A stretch of DNA of 64,000 bases, taken from contig JAGSHN010000004.1 in NCBI GenBank assembly GCA_029855935.1, forward strand, positions 96,001-160,000, written 5' to 3'. The notes beneath the pieces were generated by a model that ran no database searches, was not told the origin of the DNA, and was given only the letters and a program-made list of their open reading frames with translations. The first letter of the stretch is position 1. The number at the start of each line of letters is the position of its first letter. This DNA comes from Candidatus Thorarchaeota archaeon (GTDB lineage: Archaea > Asgardarchaeota > Thorarchaeia > Thorarchaeales > Thorarchaeaceae). Of this stretch, positions 39,201 to 47,602 are shown piece by piece. A program made the translations under genes and the position numbers.

Positions 39201-40154
39201 AGTTGTAGGCGAGAATACACAAGAAACGCAAGCATCAATCCCCTGTTTCAGTAGAGCTGACAGGAAGGCTCCAATCTGTGCTGAGTCGCTTGTCACGTGA
39301 ACTCGGGGTCTGCCTCGTATCACATAGAAGTTGGAAGAGAGATCTGTCTGATGAATAGAGCTCCAATGCGCATCCACTGGAACAATCTCCAAGTTCGTCA
39401 ATGTAGTGAGAGCGTTACAGAGTGCGCTCCCTTCAAGCTGGATTAGCTGGACACTGTCAAGGGCTGCCACGAGAATTGCCTCGGCACGGGCAGCCTCTCG
39501 TTGGAGGACATGACTGACATCATTAGCTGAGGGGCCAACGGACGTGATGAACAAGCGGAGAAATGGATGACCAGATTCAACGCCCGCCTCAAAGCACATA
39601 GTGACTGATGGACTCATACCAGTGCGAAGCGATTGAACAATGGTGGGATCATATTCGACACCCTCGTCTGACTTGGTGACACTTGCTCTGACAGAGAGCA
39701 ATTCTAGGCAGCGGATGCCAACGACATTTCCATCAATATGGAGGAGAAACGTGTTAGAGTCACATCGACAGCGTATGACAGGGGGGGTTAGACCAGAAAC
39801 AGCCAGAAGCATCCCACTGGCGACGGTTGACATGCACAGCACAATCTCGACAATAGGGCGCCCAAGGTAGGTGGGGGTGTGAAGTAGTCTAAACAAGGGT
39901 GCCACGTATACGAGAAGGAAATAGCACAATGCAACAACCGTTTGGGCCAGCCAAATCCGTTTGTGAAGCCGTAGTCGGAGGTGACGGGCCCAACCGGATG
40001 ACTGCTCATGGGGAAAGAGGGGAGTTGTGACACGGCCTTCGCGAGCGGGGGTGGTTGTGGCGTCCACGACCGCCCGTTGCAATCCTGTATATTGATCCTG
40101 CACGAGAAGCCCTCCGGTGAGTGTTTGACCGAGTTCGTTTCTTGAGGGAGTCAT
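36264..40154 (-). CDS. Large membrane-anchored HerA/VirB4-family ATPase (CedB-like architecture) with long C-terminal extension
   Basis: Two N-terminal TM helices; QHLAVLGATGMGKT, FDVKGSEY, VVLEEANNL, QRATGQG, ILANTGT. Confidence 0.85.
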   Translation of the reverse strand: MTPSRNELGQTLTGGLLVQDQYTGLQRAVVDATTTPAREGRVTTPLFPHEQSSGWARHLRLRLHKRIWLAQTVVALCYFLLVYVAPLFRLLHTPTYLGRPIVEIVLCMSTVASGMLLAVSGLTPPVIRCRCDSNTFLLHIDGNVVGIRCLELLSVRASVTKSDEGVEYDPTIVQSLRTGMSPSVTMCFEAGVESGHPFLRLFITSVGPSANDVSHVLQREAARAEAILVAALDSVQLIQLEGSALCNALTTLTNLEIVPVDAHWSSIHQTDLSSNFYVIRGRPRVHVTSDSAQIGAFLSALLKQGIDACVSCVFSPTTPGRQRRRLEHRWRQIRAREKRREDSLEDHTSKKRLMEEFAAARDNQGWFSVTTTIRLLQSTSSKGAANRLDGIVHSIWGEDDSFRFVLKRPNPAFLLRVLMRRHIKPQRLHTSRLVTFVNTPVQHIPELDTVDLPDFPVPSRSLTDNELFIGWSVYKGRQFNPVGLKPVWLRQHLAVLGATGMGKTTVVKRIIWELTVKTTIPWWVFDVKGSEYADLAAFSPGEVLVFKPGLDDVFVMSLIDEETDDLQNAAHTTFAILREILHERSSSSDLSPAMERMLLVCLEEVARLPDRSAKALIRVIEGKRGKDSTNSLTIDALLNRLEILRREPLASILAGGRASVHFSSLMKRRVVLDLSHVARVGGMDAARILYNLIAKRVFEAALRRGISDGLHHVVVLEEANNLVPESYTRSTAADVTTGESMVMLQRATGQGVIVVATRPTVSSNILANTGTKIVFKLPYDSLVGARLLSLDSEQERYLRTLRRGRAIMTTPVTDAFELMTVPTAFPAPTGSAVSVDSQEDVPMSGVQPTLLQASYGVRNEPPTVVYDQFARITEHVIDALESRRYLTESELHSVLVSITSVSKQEISELKTELITLGTIERQAIGLVRDGFIYTLPGEGRSVVLEIIKNYVCRRLEEVGFGQQTRVNGSIITVGDQVRIIVFPDSLRAATLSDSLESLESLVATVGKDSRLFVIVRGSVAAAKVREVIINAPHPSEFQVIPAFPSSIDRMILDIADALSSRESTFSDTTIATRAYQDGGLNAGIELDAPSSTEPSPAMADEVWSNLLLRYVTINNGRVRWGELLEFLDTVAVQSTGAHSVELNKSGGRRALSELLLDEKLFAIRVPYSIDDLSIDRGLWVATQSFLNQLRDYCLAHLLDSLRKQGSESPTVCGKSICDGSMTYLVFPSRSEIYDSVRHDGGPHGEECPPSILTIILPAAEYADNLDNIPRGCRIISLSNLMENSWVPGQCPSLLDL

Positions 40155-40259
40155 CGAGTTTCGCTGTGCTCGTCCGGTGAATCCAGACAGTCCTAGGTTT
40201 ACATACTACCATAGATAAGGCCCACATCTCTCCATCTGACAAACAGGACTCGGATTAGT

Positions 40260-42332
40260 TCAAGGTGAGAATGCCCTACGTTTCATCAGGACGGCCGTGA
40301 CAGGAGCAAATGATGCAATCAGGCTGTAGAAGAATGTTCTAATCCCGACACCTTGTGAGGATAGTATATCGTTTGCCTTCAACACTATTTCGAGGAACCC
40401 GCTTGATGCAGCCAACCCTCTACCGGATGGCGTTTCATAGAATAATACGTAGGTACCCGGTCTATTTGGAACAGGGAGATGAAGCATAGCAAAACCTTCG
40501 GCATCAGTCTGTGCCACGACTGATCGACTGAGCCAGGTAAACTGAACCGTGACGAAACCCAAACTTGTACCGTTGAGCGCTTGTGCCTGAACATAGGCGT
40601 GGATCTCTTGGAGAGGCGGTTCTACAGTATATTCAACGAGCCCAAGACGGGCCGGAATCTCAGTGCGTACTCTGAGGATGTATGTGGAAGTGGCATTTAG
40701 TTCATACTGACTACGTCCACTCAGAACAACCATGTATTCGTAGGTTCCAATCGAAGACGGAGCCCAGATTGGAAAGGAGGCTGTGCCCTCAGAACTAATA
40801 TCTTGTGCGCCCAGTAGGTGGCCGTCAAGTAGTAGAGAAGCTGTTTCTCCCGCGAGGGGACCTGTTTCATTCGTCACTTCCACGAGAAAGACGACTTCCT
40901 GGTGTGGACATGAGAAGCCAAGTGTGTTCGTTCGCACTGAAACTCTATGTTGATAGGCATAGTCGACGGAGAATACGCAGGAAACGTTCTCGAGAAACTC
41001 GTTCAGACGCACCTTGAGAAGCAGTGTATGTTTCCCGGGTGAACCCTGTACTCTGAGAGAGAACTCAACCGATGTGCGGTTCTCAACAACGGGCTCCACA
41101 CAGTAGAGAGACAGCTCGGGACTTTCCAGTACCACGAGCGCGGGGGATACGGATCGGCCGAGCGCATCAGTCACGGAAACATTGAGGAGGGCCCAAGACC
41201 CGATAAGCCACCTTGAGTCGGACTGGATATCCAGTAGGGTGGGGGAGGTCACAGCGAAAGAAAGAGAGTACGAGGCTGGATCGTATCTGTCGGATCCTTC
41301 AAAGAAGACGGTTAGCGAGTGGTTTCCAAGACCAAGTTCTTGATCGGCGTGGATAGTGATGTTGATCATTCCTGCGTGGTCAGTACGGAACGTGCCAATA
41401 GTGCGATCATCCAGAGTAGCCAAGACGTCGGCATTCTCGATGGGCTGCGACAACGAATCCAGCACCGTTGTCACCATTACTGTCGTGTTGACGGTGACTT
41501 GATACGGCACGGAAATAGGAGTGAATTGCGATGTGCGCCTAGCAATACTCACCGAGCAATATGCATGTGATGAAGCGTAGTATTGGGATGTATTATCGCC
41601 AAGATAACAAACACTGAGTTCGTTTTCGCCAATCACCGCCCATGACAGACTGACTGAGATGTTTAGACTCACCGAACCATTGGCATCAGTTGTGCCGTAG
41701 CCAATCACCTGCTCATTTGAGGCAACTGTGATTCGTTTACCCGCAAGTGGAGCTCCCCGATCATCTTGGAGTGATGCTCTGAGCACGAAGAAATCGCCGG
41801 GAGCCAGAGTAATATTCACAGGGTCTAGCTGAATCGTGATAGTGGTCGATGCAAGAACAACAAGTTCGAATTGTTCGTAACACGGGGCCAGTGCGAGTGA
41901 CTCATTTCCACGGTAGGTGGCATTGAGCACGATAGGGCCTACAGGAAAGTCGTATGGGATGGTCCATTGAAAATCTACACGGCCGCTTTCATCAGTGAGT
42001 CCAGTACCGAGAAACAGATCGTATGTTTCAACATAGAACTCCACTTCTTGATTGGCAACTGATGTTCCGGGCAGGCTGGAGGGAAGTAGCGAAACAGACA
42101 GGAGAAGGGTTTCACCTCGGCACACCAATAAGGTCGAGCGGCCATTGGTAGATACGGCACCAGACAGTACAATAGCAAATATTAGAATGCCAATGATTGC
42201 ATACTCGCGGTCATTCATCTCTTGGGTCACCTCCCGCGTATTAGCGCTGAGCATTGCACCCCGTTCATACTTGTGGAGCGGGGTGTGTCGACACATTCCA
42301 ATTGTCAACAGCTGGAGTTTCGTTCTTTCCAC
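40260..42332 (-). CDS. Surface protein with repeated Ig-like beta domains, N-terminal signal/TM and C-terminal TM anchor
   Basis: Repeats of G.TD..G...F/I and Y/F.G...Y..S, many N-x-S/T sequons; true start may be 42254 or 42218. Confidence 0.75.
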   Translation of the reverse strand: MERTKLQLLTIGMCRHTPLHKYERGAMLSANTREVTQEMNDREYAIIGILIFAIVLSGAVSTNGRSTLLVCRGETLLLSVSLLPSSLPGTSVANQEVEFYVETYDLFLGTGLTDESGRVDFQWTIPYDFPVGPIVLNATYRGNESLALAPCYEQFELVVLASTTITIQLDPVNITLAPGDFFVLRASLQDDRGAPLAGKRITVASNEQVIGYGTTDANGSVSLNISVSLSWAVIGENELSVCYLGDNTSQYYASSHAYCSVSIARRTSQFTPISVPYQVTVNTTVMVTTVLDSLSQPIENADVLATLDDRTIGTFRTDHAGMINITIHADQELGLGNHSLTVFFEGSDRYDPASYSLSFAVTSPTLLDIQSDSRWLIGSWALLNVSVTDALGRSVSPALVVLESPELSLYCVEPVVENRTSVEFSLRVQGSPGKHTLLLKVRLNEFLENVSCVFSVDYAYQHRVSVRTNTLGFSCPHQEVVFLVEVTNETGPLAGETASLLLDGHLLGAQDISSEGTASFPIWAPSSIGTYEYMVVLSGRSQYELNATSTYILRVRTEIPARLGLVEYTVEPPLQEIHAYVQAQALNGTSLGFVTVQFTWLSRSVVAQTDAEGFAMLHLPVPNRPGTYVLFYETPSGRGLAASSGFLEIVLKANDILSSQGVGIRTFFYSLIASFAPVTAVLMKRRAFSP

Positions 42333-42516
42333 TAGGTCGATTTGACTAGTCCTTATAGACTCCTACACGAGAGATGTTCTGATGAGGACCATAGTTTGTA
42401 ATGCTGCCACTTCCATGGGACACACGAAGAGGAGCATAGAACACGTCACTACCACCAACGACATGTTTAATTCAAGAACCGAACCCGTCAATACGAGAAA
42501 CTGGAGTGAGAACAGA

Positions 42517-42885
42517 TTGGTGGTCAGGATAAGAAATGCTACCATCGAGCAGATAAGAGGGCTTGAAACCCGACGAGTGAAAGAGTTGACGATGGTTTCT
42601 GGGGGGCAGGGAGTGTCGCTGGCGCTTGAGCTGCCTGATGCCCTCTGCGAGGGGTTCAAACAAAAAGAAACGACTACAGTCCTTGTAGACGCAGAGCCAA
42701 TTTCCAAGGGGGATGATGCACGATTCTACGCTGAGGCATCCGTGTTCAAAATCACCACGGATGCGGGGCAGTTGCACGTTGTGAGCACCATTGGTGGATT
42801 ACGGGTGGCAATCACATTTGTTAAACCCACACCATCACAGAAACGCGTCTTCTCATCAGGGAAGTTCTACATTGCCATCATCTGA
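42517..42885 (+). CDS. RNA polymerase subunit Rpo8 (RpoG/Rpb8-like OB fold)
   Basis: 122 aa from TTG 42517 (GGAG SD); beta-rich; VFKI and STIGGL resemble the Rpb8 GGL motif. Confidence 0.6.
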   Translation: MVVRIRNATIEQIRGLETRRVKELTMVSGGQGVSLALELPDALCEGFKQKETTTVLVDAEPISKGDDARFYAEASVFKITTDAGQLHVVSTIGGLRVAITFVKPTPSQKRVFSSGKFYIAII

Positions 42886-44682
42886 CTGAGATCCATACCG
42901 GAACGGATGACCATTTTTCCACAGTAAATCTCCAAAGGTTTCCGATTGAGAAGTGCGACCTGACAGAGCCTGCTGCAGCAGGCGGTCTACTGCCAAGAGC
43001 GGCCCTTCGATGCTCTTCACATCCCATCGCTGTGCCATCAGGTTCATTGCACCATATCGGGCCCATTGCGATGGCGGTTTCAGGCCAGATTTGAGATCAT
43101 ATATCGTGCCCGTACCGGCAAAGTGAAGACGACCATTGTCATATCGACGCAAGATCTCAACTACTTCCGATACTATTCGCCAAGATTGAGCAGGTCTTGG
43201 TCGTGAGAGAACTACGATGAGATCCATCAGGGCAATTGCGGACTCATCGATGCCGTGGTCGCACTGCCATCTTGAGATTAGGGCTGCAGCAGAGGAACTA
43301 TGGCAGGTCTGTATGCACCGGAGCCCCGCCATTAGTGAGGCAAATAGAGATGCACTATGTTCCCTAGTTTGTATCTCCCCAAGGATGACATAGTCTGGAG
43401 ACCTGTGAAGCGTCTTAACAATCTCATCGGACTTTGAGAGCGTAGTCGTTACTTCATCTACAGAGTCGACACTGAATCTCAGTTGGTGGGTCCCAGGCTG
43501 TACTCTACTCTCAATAGTATCCTCAATATAGATTCTGCGCCATCTGGTGGGTGAGCACATGTCCAAGGCGTTAAGCAGCGTCGTCTTTCCAGATCCTGGT
43601 TCCCCCACAATTGTAATGTTCATCCGAGACGCGTGTGCAAGAAGTAAGAGTGCTGCAACTGTGGTTGACATTGTGCCGTTCCGAATAAGGCTGAGTAACG
43701 TTAGTGGCCGCAGGCGCGCACGTCTGATTTCGAGATGTAGGCCATCTGGGCTCAGGGGTCTGATTGTGGCGGAGAAACGTAGTGGTACTCCAGCAATCGA
43801 GAAACTGGTCTTCAGAGACGGATTGTGGCGGTCGAGATGACTGTTACTTTCGAGACGGAGGAGCGTTTCGATTCGGGATGCCGTGTCCTCATCTACTACG
43901 ATGGATGTTCTTACTCGACCAAAGAGATGGTGATCAAAGTAGACTGGAAACTTCGGTCGATCTAGGAATACGTCTTCCACGAACTCGTCCAGAATTAGCG
44001 GGACAAGGGGACCGAACACGTACGCGTTGTGAGCAACGATGAATGCAATCACTGATCTAGTCGCCGTGTCAATCTCAGGGAGGTCATTGGCGATTCGTTG
44101 TGTAACTGCCTCCTGGAGGGAGGAAACACGGTCCATGTAGGCGGTCCTAGACGTGGGCGTGGGACGATTCGTCGCATACTCGGATAAGAGGCTCGAGAGA
44201 ACCTCTGCCTCAAGGGCGGATCTTAGGCGAGGCACTGCTCTATAAGTCAAATCGGGGATGGTAGCGAGATTGTCGCGGTCAGTATCGGCGGGTAGGTCAG
44301 CTCTCGCCGTCGTATGATCTTGTGAAGAAGGAAATCTAAAGAACAGAGCCAAATAGGGGCCCACGGTGTAGGCATACAGAACAGCCTGCATCATCTGCAT
44401 GATTTCCTTTCCAACGAATATGGTATTCCACTCTGAACTGTCCCAAGGCGGTGAGGAGGGGACACTGTGCTGCGAGCGCGGGATACTCAACAACCCCTGT
44501 GCTTTTTGGCCGATAATGACCGCCTTATGTTGTGTTAAGGCGTCGACTAAGATTTGACACTCTGCGGGCCCAAGACGGTGGGAGCATCTCTGGCAGTCGC
44601 GCTTTGAACATTCAAGAAGAAGAGCTCTAGGAACGCGTCGAAACTGTACCGTGAAGATCCTGTCCTTGTCGGATATGGTCAC
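42856..44682 (-). CDS. VirB11/TadA(CpaF)-type secretion/pilus ATPase
   Basis: GPLVPLILDEFVEDV, GEPGSGKTTLLNAL, IEDTIE (Asp box), HRSPDYVILGEI (Walker B), QTCHS (His box). Confidence 0.88.
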   Translation of the reverse strand: MTISDKDRIFTVQFRRVPRALLLECSKRDCQRCSHRLGPAECQILVDALTQHKAVIIGQKAQGLLSIPRSQHSVPSSPPWDSSEWNTIFVGKEIMQMMQAVLYAYTVGPYLALFFRFPSSQDHTTARADLPADTDRDNLATIPDLTYRAVPRLRSALEAEVLSSLLSEYATNRPTPTSRTAYMDRVSSLQEAVTQRIANDLPEIDTATRSVIAFIVAHNAYVFGPLVPLILDEFVEDVFLDRPKFPVYFDHHLFGRVRTSIVVDEDTASRIETLLRLESNSHLDRHNPSLKTSFSIAGVPLRFSATIRPLSPDGLHLEIRRARLRPLTLLSLIRNGTMSTTVAALLLLAHASRMNITIVGEPGSGKTTLLNALDMCSPTRWRRIYIEDTIESRVQPGTHQLRFSVDSVDEVTTTLSKSDEIVKTLHRSPDYVILGEIQTREHSASLFASLMAGLRCIQTCHSSSAAALISRWQCDHGIDESAIALMDLIVVLSRPRPAQSWRIVSEVVEILRRYDNGRLHFAGTGTIYDLKSGLKPPSQWARYGAMNLMAQRWDVKSIEGPLLAVDRLLQQALSGRTSQSETFGDLLWKNGHPFRYGSQSDDGNVELP

Positions 44683-44906
44683 TATTGGTCACCTTTGCAG
44701 GTTCACAAGGCGTTGACTTCTATGTAGGGGTGGCAGCATGAGATGGACTGTTCTCTATCGAGCAATCTTGTGGCCCCCTAATAACCTCGTAGTGTGCAGA
44801 TGTAGAAGATGACACATCACTTGGGAGAACGGACGCGGAGCTGAAATGCTTTTGAGCGATTCACTGCGATATTCTTTAATACTCAGGGTAAGTGCCTGAT
44901 TCTTGA

Positions 44907-45001
44907 GCGGCCGTGGTCTAGCATGGTTAGGACGGAAGCCTCCCAAGCTTCCAACCCGAGACGGCATTGCCGCGGGAGTTCAAATCCCGGCGGCCGCACC
45001 A
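44907..45001 (+). tRNA. tRNA-Gly(CCC) with non-canonical 53/54 intron (44961-44978, 18 nt)
   Basis: GCGGCCG/CGGCCGC acceptor; GAAGC-CTCCCAA-GCTTC; BHB-like CCCG-AG^A-CGGC-att-GCCG-CGGG-AG^T; CCA encoded. Confidence 0.88.
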
Positions 45002-45213
45002 TCCATTCCCATCCTATCTGTGATAGTCATACTTATTGGTGGATTGTATAACAGACAAGAATGGCGAGTGATGACAGAAATGACCCCAATGAGTCGATTT
45101 GGACAATGATTGGGATCTTGAGTGAGGAGCTCGCCACTAATATTTTCGGTCACCCCTGACTCCTATGTCCGATTAATAGTACAGCCACAAACTCTTTTAA
45201 GCCCACAAAAGAA

Positions 45214-46440
45214 GTGTCGGAATGGTTCGTGATGCCGAGCGGATATATGAACTATATTGAAGATGAGTTGAACAAAGAGTCTGTATTCAAAGCGGAACAT
45301 GTTCTTTCGATAGACTATGTCCCAAGAAATTTGCCCCATCGCGGACGAGAGATGCAGATACTTGCGCAGGGTTTCAAATCGTTAATCACGGCACCAGGCC
45401 AGACGAGCCCGAGATTCATCATAGAGGGGCCAGTTGGAACTGGAAAGACTGCAGTGGCGAAGTTGCTCACTGAACAGATAGTGGAGGCAGCACAACGACG
45501 CGGGATCAACCTATACAAGATTCATATCAACTGTAGAGTCAGCAAGACGATGTATTTGGTCTATCTGCGTATGCTCCGCGAGTTCAAACCAAGGTTCCCA
45601 CGGAGAGGACACTCTCCACACGAGCTATTGCAGGTACTTGTAGATGTTCTAGACGAGAGAGATTGCTATCTCCTCGTTGTTCTTGATGAGTTAGACTACT
45701 TCATCCGTCACAATGGGGCAGATATAATCTATGATCTGACTAGGCTGATGGATGACCGTCTCAATGCACCACAGCGTCTTTCTTTCATCGGGATTGGCAG
45801 GGAAATCTCTCTCGATAGAGGCCTACTCGACGCGAGTACGACGAGTACACTCCAGAGGAACATCTTGCACTTTCAGAAGTATAGCGCGCCTGAGTTGTAT
45901 GATATTCTGAAGGAGCGTGTTGATGAGGCATTCATCGAGAATGCTGTACTCGATGAAACAATTCAGCTGATATGTGACATCGCAGCGCAGCATGGAGACG
46001 CCCGTTATGCGATAGAACTCCTGTGGCGGGCAGGAAAGCAGGCAGACAGAGAGGGAGCTCGTGTGGTAATCCCGGACTTTGTGCGTCAGGCCAAGGCAGA
46101 CACACATCCTGAGTTGCGTAAAGAGGTCTTCTTGACTCTGCCTATGCATAATCGACTCCTGTTACTCGCTATTGCGCGTTGTCTCAAAGATAACAGAGAG
46201 GCGTATGTCACTATGGGAGAGGTCGAGAGAATATATCATTCGGTCTGTGAAGAGTACGGAGAAGCACCACGTGCGCACACCCAAGTCTGGGAGTGGATTC
46301 AGGACCTATCTGCTCACGGGGTTATCGATGCAAAAAGATCGGGTGCCGGCCATCGGGGTCAGACTACGCTAATTGGAGTGTCAGATGTACCTGCCGAGAT
46401 GTTGGAACGGTTTCTGCTGGACATGATTGAAACAACGTGA
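45214..46440 (+). CDS. cdc6: Orc1/Cdc6 replication initiator
   Basis: LSIDYVP..LPHR, GPVGTGKT, HINC, VLDELD, GDARYAIELL, C-terminal wH; true start may be 45232 or 45247. Confidence 0.96.
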   Translation: MSEWFVMPSGYMNYIEDELNKESVFKAEHVLSIDYVPRNLPHRGREMQILAQGFKSLITAPGQTSPRFIIEGPVGTGKTAVAKLLTEQIVEAAQRRGINLYKIHINCRVSKTMYLVYLRMLREFKPRFPRRGHSPHELLQVLVDVLDERDCYLLVVLDELDYFIRHNGADIIYDLTRLMDDRLNAPQRLSFIGIGREISLDRGLLDASTTSTLQRNILHFQKYSAPELYDILKERVDEAFIENAVLDETIQLICDIAAQHGDARYAIELLWRAGKQADREGARVVIPDFVRQAKADTHPELRKEVFLTLPMHNRLLLLAIARCLKDNREAYVTMGEVERIYHSVCEEYGEAPRAHTQVWEWIQDLSAHGVIDAKRSGAGHRGQTTLIGVSDVPAEMLERFLLDMIETT

Positions 46441-46741
46441 GATGATAGGAATGCGTACTGCGTCAACGCCACAAATACCCATTGAAGAAATGTTCTCTTC
46501 TCGTGGGCGAGTCAGAATTCTCAAGGAGCTTGCAATGGCGGAGGAGCTCAATATATCGGAGGTATGCCGGCGCACTGGACTCAACCACAGTACGACCAAG
46601 GCACATCTGCGGGTCCTAATAGCATCCGGCCTCATTGAGGAGAAGACTTTCGGACGGATAAGGATATACCGCTATAGGATTGAGGACATAAGAGCGCGCT
46701 CACTAAGAAATCTCTTTCAGCTCTGGGAGTCGGGAGCGTAG
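46427..46741 (+). CDS. ArsR-like winged-helix protein coupled to cdc6
   Basis: FSSRGRVRILKEL, LNISEVCRRTGLNHSTTKAHL, FGRIRIY. Confidence 0.85.
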   Translation: MKQREMIGMRTASTPQIPIEEMFSSRGRVRILKELAMAEELNISEVCRRTGLNHSTTKAHLRVLIASGLIEEKTFGRIRIYRYRIEDIRARSLRNLFQLWESGA

Positions 46742-46747
46742 ACGCCG

Positions 46748-47602
46748 ATGGAATATCTAGCACGTCTGTTCTATATTGGAGACCAGTTTCACGGATCGCA
46801 GGCACAACCAGGGCTAAGGACCGTTCAGGGAGAACTCATTCATGCCATCCAACAGTGGAGTGGAGAGGAACATTCAACTGCGACTGTTCGATTGTCAGGC
46901 AGAACAGATAGAGGAGTCCATAGTATCGGCCAAATAGTGTCAATCACTACTGGGAGCTCATTCGACATCAATGGCATAAACAAACGTCTGCCCCGAGACA
47001 TATGCCTCTGGGCGCACACAAGGGCTCCAGACGGGTTTGATCCAAGACGCGATGTTCTGATGCGGCACTATAGATATGTCCTGACTGAGGGAGAAGAAAC
47101 GAACATAGGATTGATGCGAGAGGCTGCACAGATAATCGCCGGGTTCCACGACTTTGTGTGTCTTTCTAAGCGAGACGGCGACAGACCTACGGTCACAACC
47201 TTGTTGAACATTGCTATCTCCCAACACGACGACGTGACTGTTGTCGATGCCTTTGGGTCGAGTTTTCTTTGGAAACTTGTCCGCAAGATCGTGACGCTGC
47301 TATACTGGGTTGGAATTGCCTCAAGTAGCCTTGAAAACGTCCGCGCAATATTGGAACAAGGGCAGTGCCCCAGTGGAGGAATCCGACCAGCCCCTCCGGA
47401 GGCCTTATTCCTTGTAGAAGTCATAGTGCCATTCCAGCTCATCCCTAACAAATATGCTCTGAAACGTGTCAGAAAGACCCTTGCGTCGAAATTGTCGTTT
47501 CTAAGAAGGTCGTATCATGCAATGAGAGCTATTTTCGCTTCAGAAGTAATGAGAACAGGTCCTCTTTCAAACCAAGCCAATTCCGAATCTCTTTGGCCAT
47601 AG
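46748..47602 (+). CDS. truA: tRNA pseudouridine(38-40) synthase
   Basis: FHGSQAQP..RTVQG, SGRTDRGVHS, RHYRY, SFLWKLVRKIV. Confidence 0.93.
   Translation: MEYLARLFYIGDQFHGSQAQPGLRTVQGELIHAIQQWSGEEHSTATVRLSGRTDRGVHSIGQIVSITTGSSFDINGINKRLPRDICLWAHTRAPDGFDPRRDVLMRHYRYVLTEGEETNIGLMREAAQIIAGFHDFVCLSKRDGDRPTVTTLLNIAISQHDDVTVVDAFGSSFLWKLVRKIVTLLYWVGIASSSLENVRAILEQGQCPSGGIRPAPPEALFLVEVIVPFQLIPNKYALKRVRKTLASKLSFLRRSYHAMRAIFASEVMRTGPLSNQANSESLWP

Noticed and set aside
45002-45213. Origin immediately upstream of cdc6
   Set aside because: No ORB or mini-ORB repeats found by eye.
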